DNA of 64,000 nucleotides from Coniocarpon cinnabarinum (lineage: Eukaryota): the NCBI GenBank assembly GCA_051942205.1, contig JAVECO010000019.1, positions 124,001 through 188,000 of the forward strand, written 5' to 3'. Both the position numbers and the translations under genes were made by a program. This document shows positions 24,433 through 35,898 of this stretch, piece after piece. The notes under the pieces are model-generated. The model was given only the letters and a program-made list of their open reading frames with translations, ran no database searches and was not told the DNA's origin. Within the stretch, counting starts at the first letter, position 1; every line of letters starts with the position of its first letter.

Positions 24433-27400
24433 TCAGAGCCTCAACTCCCCCAAAATCCGATCCGCCATCCGCTTATACTGCCAAGTCCCGCCCTCCACCT
24501 TCTTGAACTGCAATCCATGCAGCGACACAATCGGCACTTTGACCACCAAAATCTCGAATCGCAACGCCAGGTCTTTAGTCCCCATGTCGTTTTGGACGTG
24601 TGTGCTTGTTTCGCCGGCCATGCGCTCTGCTGGACTGCCGCCGCCGGTCGGGCCGCCTCCACCTCCCCCTGTCCCGCCTGCATTGGTGCCACTGGTGCCG
24701 GTGCCGGTGCCACTGGGCTGCTGACTGCGGCTGTGTGCACTGCTGAGCCGACTCGTGCGTTTACGAAGGGTCCGAGGACGGTGTCCTTGTTCGCCGGGAT
24801 CCGGGTCCGAGTCGTCAACGTCGGAGTTGTTATAGGATGCATAGGCCGAGGGACCGCGCGACCCAAATGCCGTGCGAGGCGTAGCAGGTGGTTGTTTCTC
24901 AGGATCAGGAGTCGCAAGCGGTTTCTCCTCATCATTTGTATCCGGGCGAGAAGCCTCACGCTGTCTCTCGTTATTGCGCAGGCCCGCGAAGGAGATTTTC
25001 CGCCGATGGGTCTGACCGGTGGGCGAAGCGATGGGACCATCAGACCGCTGTGACGGGACCTTCTCTATCTCGCCGGATCGCTTGTGATGAAGATCAATGG
25101 AAGGAAGATGGCGGCAGGAGAATCCACCTTTCATTTCGCGATAGTCGACGCCGAGTTGACGGAGGACACGAATGATGTCGGCGCGGATGACGTGGAGGGG
25201 TTTACTACTCGTGGTGCTGACGCTGAAGAGACCTTTCAGGTAGACGGGCTTGAGCGTTTCCTGGCTCTCGTAGCCAGAGCCGTAGTTACGGCTGACTTTG
25301 CTACTGATTCGGGGTGTGTCTGGCTCAGTCGGTCGAGGGGTGGCGTCCGCAGAGGAATAGCCAGCTTCGTCGGCTTCTTCGGCGGCGAGTTCGGCGTCCG
25401 TTTCTTCGGGCAGGTCAGATTCACGAGGAGGTTGCTGAGCGTGGTCGCGGTCGCGTGTGGTGCTGTTGCGTGAGAGCGCGGCACCTACTAGTCGACCGTG
25501 GCCAAGCGAGCGTGTACGTGCAGCGAAGGAGCGTCTCATCGGAGTTTCAGTTTCACGGTCCGAGGCAGCACCCGCAGCGTCATCTTGACGCTTCTGATCG
25601 CTGATGCTTGATTTCTCGCTTTCGGTGCCCTTGCCGGTCTTGAGCATGGTGCCATCTGATGCACCGCGCCGAGCTGACCACTTCCGCCGCAGATCGGAGC
25701 TATTGACAGAAGCAGAGCGAGCCAGGCCTTTTCGTAACCTGTTAGGTGAACTGCGGCCTTCGCTGCCACTGGGTGACTCACGAGCCGACGCTGGAGGAGC
25801 CAAGAGATCCTGCTTCTCTTGGGGCAGGAGTTGAGGGCTTCGGCCAGCCTCTGAGGGAGGCGGTTTGTATGACGATGGAGGAGTGTCGCGGTCTCGAGTC
25901 TTCCGCATGGAGAAGCTATGGCGTGGGATTGGGTGCGAGGTCGTTGCAGCAGCGGCAGACGGTGGATGAGAGGGGCTCTTCTCGTCGGCACTGGAGATTG
26001 CGACCGACGGTGGCGCTTTCTCCTTAGCCTCGCTGTCCCGACCTCGGGTTCTGGTACTGAAGCGGCGGAAGATGCCACCCACGGCTCCTGACTCACGCTT
26101 CACGGTGTTCGCCCGCGTTGGTGGCTGTTCAGGTGGAGCGGGAGATGTTGGCTGGGGCTCGGCGGGCTTGACGGGCGATCGTTGAGGTTGATGATGCTTC
26201 TCATTGTTCTGCATGTCATCTTCACCTTGAGTGCGCGCTCGTGGACGAGACCGGCCACCCGTAGGCGCTTCGCCCTTCATCTCCTGAGAATGAGAATTGG
26301 TGTAGGCGGCTTGGGGAGGAGGTAGATCTGGTAATGTCAAAGGCTTCTCGCCGGGTGAAAGTGGAATGCTGGTGGCGCCGGGGTTTGTCTCCTGCTTCTC
26401 CCTCTCTTGCTTCTCGCGAGCAAGATAGTAGATAGAGAGTAGGGGATGAAAGGCGTTCACGGGGTCTTCACCGCAGGCAATGGTTTCCGTTGATGAAGAA
26501 TTGGGTAAGCCGTCTTTGCTGATGTTGGAGCGACGCCGCTGGTAAAAGTCGAAGACGGACGCCCGCTTGCCTGAGGAGTCGCTGCCCGCACCATGATTCT
26601 TCTTCGAGTACGCGCGCATTGCACGCTGATAGTCCTCAGAGTTGATGATGTTTTCGAGCTGGTTCCTGATCCACTCGGGAGGACCGAATTCGAAACCATT
26701 CATCTTGTCGATGACTTTCTCATCTAATGGTAAGGTGAGCGGCTCGCGCGGCGGCAAGTAGTTTTCTGGCGCGCCATTGAAGCCTTTTGTCATCCACGGA
26801 TGATTCATAATCTCTGAAAGCGGGGCGCGATTTTTAGGATCGGTGACCAGCATCCTGGATATAATGTGCTTGCACTCTGTGCTGTGTCAGCTTCTATATA
26901 TGTCAATGGATTCAGTGCATGTCTTAAACTCACCGGATGATAACCAAGGAGGATACTCGACGGCGCCCTTTTTGATCTTGGCGTGCAATTGAGGCATGCT
27001 CTGATCGTCAAACGGTACCTTACCGCACACAAGAACGTACAAGACAATACCGAAACTCCAGACATCCACTTCAGGACCTGTGTATTGTTTGGCATTAAGA
27101 AGTTCAGGCGCAGCAAAATACAAGCTGCCACAAAAGGTTTTGAGATGGTTGCGCGGAGAAAAGAGATTGCTCAATCCAAAGTCAATAATTTTGATATCGC
27201 CTGTTTTGCTGATGAGAATGTTCTCAATCTTTAAATCGCGATGGACGATGCTGTTGCGGTGGCAATAGTCGAGTGAGCTCGCAATTTGTCGACCAAACTT
27301 GCGAGCTTGCTTTTCTTTGAGTCGACCATGTGAAATGATGTAGTCAAGCATCTGACCGCCGTTGACGTATTCAAAGACCATGTACCAATGATGATTTGTC

Positions 27401-28179
27401 TTGAGGACATCTCGCATACCACAGATGAATGGATGATTGACAAGCGTCACGATAGCTGCTTCTCGCTGCGTGCGCACTTCCTTGGAGTGCTCAGCGCGGA
27501 TGCGATCGGCTTCATTACGATGCTCCTCAGAGGAGTAACGGGGCACGATCTTGATCGCAGCTTGCTCGCCTGTGTCTTGGTTTTTGGCAAGCTTGACCTT
27601 GCCCATGCTCCCCGCGCCCACTGTCTTTAGGAGAGACCACGTGCCGGTCTGGCATTGCACTTGCACTCTGCGGCCATCTTTGATGTCTTTGTTGTTCGAG
27701 GTGCCCGCGCCCGTCGCGTTCGAGGGCGTGCGCTGATGCCCATGTTCAGTGGCGGAAGTACCATTGGTACGTGGGATGTTTCTTGAATCGATACCAGAAT
27801 TATGGCGTGAACCAGCGCCTTTTGAAGATGCACGTTGGCCATGGCGATTGTTGGCGTCGCCCATCGCCTCGTCCCAGCCCCATGCCTGCTGTCGGTCAGT
27901 GTCTCGGCGGCCTACGGACGAGCTCCGCCTCGACGACCCATGTGGGAGATCTGCCTGCTCGAAGTCGCGCCGAGCGACTGTAGCGAGCTGGGCTTGCCGT
28001 GAAGAGGATGGAGGGCGGTTGCTGGCTGTCTGCGCGGCGTTGGAGCGTGAGGGCACAGGAGATCTTTGAGAGGTGGACGCGGCTCTGAAAGGGAGGTCGG
28101 AGACTTCGTTCGGTGTCGGTCGTCGCGAGGATGAGCTGGAGCGGGTGGGAGTAGAGCTTGCGTGGTTGGATGAAGACAT
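24433..28179 (-). CDS. KIN1: Kin1/PAR-1/MARK-family Ser/Thr kinase with C-terminal KA1 domain; intron 26877-26933
   Basis: [79 protein letters not shown]...LGELRL. Confidence 0.95.
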
Positions 28180-29494
28180 GGTAGCAAAAGTTGGGGATCC
28201 TTGAGATATGTGGATCAGTGTGTAATGGGACAAATGCGGCAGTAGAGGCTGCTAGTTTGAGGTGTGAAGGTGGTCTGAAAGTAATTGCAGGCGGAAGAAT
28301 GACTCTGGCGCAGAACCAAGGGTTGTGTCAAGAGCAATGGGAGGGCGAGTGGAAGCCGAGCAGGCAAGCCTTTGTAGCTCGCATGTAACGGACGGGAAGA
28401 CGTTGAAAAAGACGCTCCAACCGTGGGCAGGCCTCAAAGTAGAATGTGCGATGCGCAGGGCTCCATTGTAGTCCAGGTTGCGCGAAAGAAGTCCAAAGTG
28501 GCGCGTGGAGAACAGAAGTGCAGTTGGTGGGGTGGAGGCGGCCGACGAGACGAAGGGCAGAGATTGGGCGGCCGTGAATGGATACAAAGAGACGAAATCG
28601 CTTCAAGTTGGAGGGTGACAAATGGCCCGCAGAACCGGGTATATATGCTTTTGGTAGAAGTGTAGAGGGAGGGAGTGTGTGCGTGTACGCTGTTGTGGCA
28701 GAGGAGGCTCGAGAGGGAATGGAAGATAGGGGAGCGAATGAAGCAAGCCAGTGAGTAGGTAGGTAGTACACCGGAGCAGTCAGTGCTTGGGGAGTGCGGC
28801 GTTGCATGCATTTCTAGACAGGGTAGCCCAGCGTAGACAGGGTAGACAGGGTAGACAATCCACCACCTGGCGGCCAGACACGCCCGAGCCACACGCCCGA
28901 GCCACACCTACATCAGCCACACAACACTCCCTCGGCGGGCGGCGTGTAGACCTTTACGGAGTCCTCCGCTGTCGTTTCTCTTCCATCTGCCGGCGGAACG
29001 CGCTCCGGTGCGACAGCTCCTTTCTCCCCGCCTAGGTATCATCTTGTCGAGACGGAGCTATCCGCCAGCAAACTTGATCCCCAACTACTGAGGCTGGGTA
29101 TTGAGAGCAATGTCACGTGCTTCAGGTTTGACGACTGGAGTTTCTCAGCTTGAAAAGCTTTAGATTTGTTAACAGCAGTTCCGGCAGACGATTCGATACT
29201 GCGAGACAATAATACAGCGTTCGCCGTCGCTCTCCTAGCTTTTCTACCCGATACTCTTTCATACTTTAGGCTCTTGCTTCAGGACTGACCTGCAAACCAG
29301 ACGTAGGAAAGAAGATATGCCATGATAGCTCCATCTTTCAAGTCAGAAGAGTCTGATATACCTCACGGTAGTGAACAGTGGAGTCAGCGAAGATGCAAGT
29401 CTATTCACAACCTCCCCCCAACCCCACTGTCACCTCTATAAACGTAAACGTCAACACGCCACTTCACTCCCCGTTTCATCACTCGAACAAAGAC

Positions 29495-30919
29495 TCACTT
29501 CTCACTCAACGCCGTAACCCCTGGAAGTTCCTTTCCTTCTAACAACTCCAGACTCGCCCCTCCGCCTGTACTGATGTGACTTACCTTCCCCTCGGCTCCA
29601 AACTTGGCAGCCGCCGTCGCTGTATCCCCACCGCCGATAATACTCGTCGCGCCTTTCTGCGTCGCTTCAATCACGCTCCGTGCCATCTCTTCCGTGCCCT
29701 TGGCGAATGACTGCAGTTCAAAGACACCGGGCGGGCCATTCCAGAGGATCGTCTTCGTGTCCGGCGACGTCAAAGCGGAGTGGAATGATTTGATGGACTG
29801 CGGACCAATGTCGACGCCCATCCAGCCGTCCGGGATACCCTGCGCGTCACTCACAATCTTTGTCTCCGCGCCATCCTTGAATTCCGAGGCAATGACATGA
29901 TCGTCCGGTAGAAGCAGCTTCACACCCCGCTCCGCCGCTTTTGATCGTATCCCAGGGACGAGTTTACTCCCCTCTTCATCAAACCGACTGCCTCCAATCT
30001 TTACCACTTGTTCTCCTTGACCCGGCACGCTTTTGAAGGTATACGTCATTGCCCCGCCAACGATGAGGATGTCGACTTTTTGTAAGAGGTTCTCAATGAG
30101 CTGGATCTTGTCGGAGACTTTGCTCCCGCCCATTATGGCGATGAACTTGCGTTTTGGGGCTTCCAGCGCGGCCGCGAAGTAGTCGAGTTCGGTTTTCATG
30201 AGGCTACCGGCCGCTCTCTGCGGGAGAGCGATGCCAACCATGCTGCTGTGGGCGCGGTGTGCCGTGCCGAATGCGTCGTCTATAGTTCATCAGCCACGAC
30301 ATCGTCTTATGCTGAAGGTCGAGGGGCGTCAGTGTGACATGGTAGACGTACTGATGTACACATCACCCAACTTCGTCAACCCCTTGCGAAACGCCTCCAC
30401 CTCTTCTTTACCGGCCTTGACCTTCTCCCCCTTCGAATTAACCCCCTTGCCTTCCTCCTCAACGTGGAACCGCAGATTCTCAAGTAGCACCACACCGCCC
30501 CCAGTCGTTTTATTCACAAGCTCGTCCGTCGCCGACCCCACACAATCTTCGGCGAACGCAACAGACGTACCCAGGACCTTTTCTACCTCAGGTACAATCT
30601 GGCGCAGCGAGTATTTCTGGTTGGGTTGACCATCGGGACGGCCAAGATGCGACATTAGCACCACGGCTTTGGCGCCACGGGAGCGGACATGGTCGATTGT
30701 TGTTTTGGCGCCGACGATGCGTTGTGGGTTTGTGACTGTGCCGGCGTTATCAAGGGGGACGTTGAAGTCGACCTAGTGGAAAAGTCGTGAGTATTGAGAC
30801 GTATCGGTATTTTGGCGGGGAATGGGTGGTGTGAGAGGTCGGGCGGGGCTTACGCGGATGAGCACGCGCTTGTCCTTGACGTCGACGTCTTGGTAGGAGA
30901 GCTTCTTGGAGAGAGACAT
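29495..30919 (-). CDS. PGK1: Phosphoglycerate kinase; introns 30773-30853 and 30280-30351
   Basis: MSLSKKLS...KRVLIR|VDFNVPL, SHLGRPDG, LLENLRFHVEEEGKG, NDAFGTAHRAHSS, WNGPPGVFE, HISTGGGASLELLEGKELPG. Confidence 0.98.
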
Positions 30920-31389
30920 TGTGTGCGCGATGGGAGTATTCGCGGAAGCAGAAACAAGGATGTTGTGGTGAAGTTTGCAGAAGCGAAAGTGATATTCAGG
31001 CACGAAAGTAGGTAGATGGCTTGGTGGGGCACCTTGAGAATGAGCTACAGTTCCGAGGATACGTCACTTCAAGAACTGGGATACTTCCGAGTCGTGTGGG
31101 CGCAGGAGGCATGGATGTACTCGTAGCATTCTATAATGATGCTATGGGTCCGGTCATTCAATGCAAGCTAGTCTCCTCTTCAGGTGCGCCACTCACGATC
31201 CTTGTTTACCCGGCCAGCGTATAAGCTTTCTATCACCTTCCGCAATGCGGCCGCACCAATCTTTCAACGCCGCAGAAATGCTTTCAGACAGTGCAGCCTC
31301 CTATGCCGTTACCGTAGTGTCCGTCACCTCGCTGCTCATGTATTTCAAGTGGAGGCACTGTCGTTGGATGAACCTCTTGGAGCCCGGTA

Positions 31390-32251
31390 CTACTCGTCTG
31401 ATGAATTCGCCAAGCTGAGGTACGCCGTCCATGCGATACCGATTGTTGACACGAAGGGAATTTGAAACTGCAAGGGCATAAATCGAAAGTTGACAATCTG
31501 CACGGCAGGCCACAGAACGTAGTTGGCTTTGAGAGAGGGAACGTAGACGTCTTGGAATTTTTTCGTGAGCGCACGCCGGCCGCCACCTTCTGCGACTGTC
31601 ATGAATGTGAAGAAAGCGCCGAGACCTGCCCATGCTATTAGAAGGCTGTAAATAGATGTGCAGTAAGAAGACTTACCAATCGGAGCCATAATCAGTTGGT
31701 CAAACGCTACCCGCTTGAGCGCAGGCACGTTGCCAGCGCCCTTTGCAATGGGAAAGACTTTTGTAAGGAATTGAAACCATTTGAATTGCACCGGCGCCCA
31801 TAGAAAACCAAAGCTCATGAATCTGGTGAGACGCTCAAAGTCAAAGGGCGGAGGAAGGTGTGCTCTGCTGTTCATGATCTCGCCAGTGGGATATGAGTTC
31901 TTGCGATCAAGGTCTTGGATCTCGATCGATACCCTCTCATTCTTGACTTCTTGTCGATGTTGCTGTTTTAATCGGATGGAGGTCAGGGTTTGTGCTGTTG
32001 TGTCTGCGATGCCACCGAGAATCTGTGTCGTCAACCTATCAGCTGTTGCACAATTCTGATGTATTCATCTGATCGAGATACGATCCCAATTGGGCTGGAT
32101 AGGAGCTACTCACGGCGTTAGTCATCATAGTAGTAAGGACTAAGGCACTGTGAGCATTGCGTGTGTGAAACATCAGGGAAAACGGTGACCAACTAGGTTT
32201 TTGCGCATAGGCACTGTTGAATTTCTGCGTGAGAAGTGATACGGCCGCCAT
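31390..32251 (-). CDS. Mpv17/PMP22 (Sym1-like) membrane protein; introns 32140-32193, 32023-32113, 31626-31676
   Basis: P|ILTTMMTNA|ILGGIADTTAQ, FDFERLTRFM, KRVAFDQL, LKANYVLWPAVQIVNFRFMPLQFQIPFVS...WTAYLSL. Confidence 0.9.
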
Positions 32252-32938
32252 TTGGAAGAGGAAGACGATGGTATGTAACAGAGGCTGCAATGTTCAGTGT
32301 CAGAAAAAAAGACGCAAAGAGAAGAGGCAGTAGCGTGTCCAGCGACTGTACAACTGGGTACTAAGTAAGGTAGGATCAAGACGGGCTTACAATGCGGCCG
32401 TAGATGTAGCGACTGTTGAGGGCTTGCAGGATTCCTCGGCGACGCTCTTCGATTTGCATCTTGACAATGAGGAAGAAGAGGCCAGAAAGCTATAATGGCT
32501 GCACTCGACAAAAGGGCCAATTCGAGCCCAGCCGTGCGAGACCGTCCGCGTAGAAGAAAAGTGATGACGTTGTTCGGGTCTGGGGTTGCCGTGCAATCTT
32601 GTCGCGAGAGCGCTGCGGAGCTCAACAACGGCCGCTCGCAAGGCTGGTCTGGAATACGCGATGCGAAAGGGTAAGAGAATTGTATCTGCTCAGTTGATGT
32701 GCAGGCAATGGTAAAGCAGCGCGGCGCACAAGGACTGAAGGGGCGGCGGAGGGCGTGGTGCCTTAGGTACCTTATGCCAGGTTCTTTGGTAGGGCTGAAT
32801 CACCAGCGTGTTTCAGGGTCTTTCCGTAGGTTATTGTGAGCTGCCACAACGACGTGCTCCCATTAAAACTGCATCGAATATTGCTACATGTCGTCGAATG
32901 GTCAAACCGATACACAGCCTTTCTTGTCCTTCCATTTC

Positions 32939-35190
32939 TCATTCACTATCGTCGCTGTCTTCGTCATCTCCAAAGATGGCCTTGAACACTTCCTCCCCAG
33001 CCCTTTGCCCTTCCAGCGCTTCATTCCGCGAAGCGTCCACCTCCGTCGCATGACCAACAATGTCTGCTCCGTCGTCTTTTCCAGCCAATATCTGAGGATG
33101 CTCCGTGATATTCTCGGCTTCCACTTTCTCGATTTGCGGAGTCAGCTGGTCCGGCGCTTGGCTCGCTGTGACTGGCAAGGACACCTGCGTCCTCAACTGC
33201 TCTAGTGCACGATCCGATACAAGTTCCATCGTTGGCTTGATCGACGAAGACACCACACTTGCAGCTCCAGTCATACTGGGCTGATTGCGTCCCTCATCTT
33301 CAGCATGCGGCGGCATTCTGACGCCGAAGCGCTTGCAGACGAGCCGCGTCGGAAAGAATTGTTGATGGCTGCGTGTCATTGGCCCAAACATGCCCATTGA
33401 CGCAGCTTCTTCGGCAGGATCTTTGGGCTTCACTGGCTTGCTGGAGAGCTCTTGCTTCAAGTTGTCGTCTGAAGGCTTGCTGACTCCGGCGCTAGTGAAC
33501 CGAGATGCCATAAGTCCAGACATTGGCTTGAAAGATCTTGCTGATGCCGCAAATACGTCTAATTCTGCTATCCATTCCGAGGTCGACATTTTCTGGCCGG
33601 GTTGTGGCGGATCCGATCGCACTTCTGCGCGAAATTGCAAAAAGTTCTCGTAACGTGACCGCTTTGCTTCATCCGCATTTCTGAGGCTGGTGACTGCGCC
33701 CCTGCGCAAAGCCTCTTGTGCAGTTCTTGTGTCCAGCTGAGGCAAGTCAACGTCCATCGCATCTTTTGTGTCAATGTCGTTACCGGGTATGAGCTCGCCT
33801 CGCCCAGGCGGAAGACCGTCGTTTTTGCTTGCAGCTGCAAGACGGTCCCGTGCAGCTGGGGACAAGAAATCAAACACCGACTTTCCTGGCAATTGTGTTT
33901 CTCCCAACGCCATCCCCCGGCTTTTTGCATCCAGCTTAGACGCCTTCGCAGCGTCTGCTGTTGAAACATAATCTGCATCACCGCGAGACTCTGATGCTAG
34001 CCTTGACAGCTGCCATCCCGCAGGCACCTCCGGTGGCGCATACTTATCATCATCATCACTCAAAGACAGCGATGCAAGAGGCTCGGCAAGCACAAAGCCA
34101 TCGAGCGGTAGCTTGCCGTCATGACATTTACGTGAATGTCCACTGCTTTGCTTTTCTTTGGGTCGAAAAGTGTGCTTAGATTTGCTGTCGAGGTTTGAAT
34201 TCGGTCTTATTACGGTCGGTCTGTTGCTATCATCGCCCCGGTCACGCTTGTTGACGGATATTGTTTTCTTATATGATACGCGCGGCCCCATGGAATACGG
34301 GTCGTCATCGTCGGAGCCATCATCATTGAGCACGCCCACACCGAATGCACTCTTCTTGGCCTGAGAGGTGCGCTTGTTTGTCTTCGACTTGAATTTTGGT
34401 TTGACCAAGCCAGTACTTTCCGCTGCCTCGTCGTCATCGTCTTCGTGCCTCTTGGCTCGCTTTTCTTGGTCTTTCAAACGAGCTTCTCCCCTATAGCCTA
34501 GACCTTTGCGATCATCCTTGCGGTTAAATTGAACCATTTGCGAGTTCTCGGGTGCGAAGAGGTGCTGTTGTGTGCCATCCGCGGCGTCAACTTTGCGGCG
34601 AATTCTGGGTCCAATGCCTTGGCCGTCTTTCCAGCCCATTTTGCGAAGCAGGCGCACCCCCATAGTGTCTTCCTGTGGCCTAAACAAATCCATCAAAGCC
34701 CCTCTGTGCTGTTCATCCTGATCTGTTGTACCCAAGCCGGCAAATTTATCATTCGCCTCTACGGTCTGAGCTTCCGCAGCTGCAGCAAGATCTTCCTCGT
34801 CCATGAAGTCTTCCGGCCGTTGCTGGCGCGGCTCAGCGGTCTTGCCATCTTTGGCACGATTCGAGCGGGACGAGACGAATGTTACGGGAGTCCAGCCCTC
34901 CTTGGACCCAACTGTATTAAAATATCTGTACCATGTCAGGGAATGTAGTGTCTTTCGGGGAGAAAAGCAGAGTCCGCACCTTACCCGGCACTGAAGCCAC
35001 CTGTGAAGGCACCATGGAGACGCTTCCGACCTCGGTCATCACGAACTTCCTGCTGCCAGATGGGCACATAGGAGCCATCGTCGCGCACCTCTGGGTCGAG
35101 CGGAGGAAGAGGAGTCCCGTAGAAGACGTAGGGGGATTGCTGGGCCTGTAAGTCAGCTTCGAACTCCTTACGAGTTCGTTTATAGGACAT
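32939..35190 (-). CDS. GPATCH1: G-patch domain protein (GPATCH1-like, N-terminal DUF1604-type region); intron 34926-34984
   Basis: [37 protein letters not shown]-patch [25 protein letters not shown]...PTRLVCKRF, and C-terminal FKAIFGDD. Confidence 0.88.
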
Positions 35191-35898
35191 TATCGAGCCC
35201 TTCAACTCTGAGGACGCAATGAAGAAAACCAATGATTTGGAGACAGAACGAGGTATCGAGAGGCTCTAGTGGTTGCCAAAAGTAGCTGAAATGCTTGGCA
35301 GTGAATCAAATGCGAAGCAAGAAATCGCCGTTGGACAAGTATATATTTCAACGACAAGCGTCAGGGGCAACTTTAAGAGTTGAAGAGCAATTGCATCATT
35401 CCTTGCCGTCGAATTCGGGAGCCATGCAATCCTGATATCTAATTTCTAAAGTACGTCCAATCGAATGCCAAGCCTGCCAAGCATTTTCTGCACCTACTAT
35501 AGAGACTAACTTCGGACCATTCACTTCTGATTGCCTATCGCCATGTCATCAGTCAGTCACGCAGCCTACTACAGTTTCATACTGTACTGCTTGAAGCTAC
35601 GAGATCGATGAGAGTCTCCAAGTGCATCTCTGGCAGCGGTTGCCGCCGTACAGGTTCTTTGCATGCCAACGAACGCTCTCGAGTCGCTAGTCGCATCTCT
35701 TGCAGATAGCGAGAGTAGAAGATGACATGACTAAAGGCAAAGGGTCAGCAGCTGTTGCTTAATTGCCGCAGCCTAGATCTCGTGTCGATGTCCATAGCGT
35801 CAAGAAATTTTAAAACGGAATCTGCGACCAGATGGAATATGCATCGGTGCAAATGATCCCACCAGTAGAATGTCGTGGCCTTCGTAGATACAGACGAC

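Noticed and set aside
24441..25200. Long low-complexity Gly/Thr/Ser insert within the KIN1 KA1 region and overlapping ORFs
   Set aside because: A split KA1 region is usual in filamentous-fungal Kin1. The other ORFs are shadow frames.
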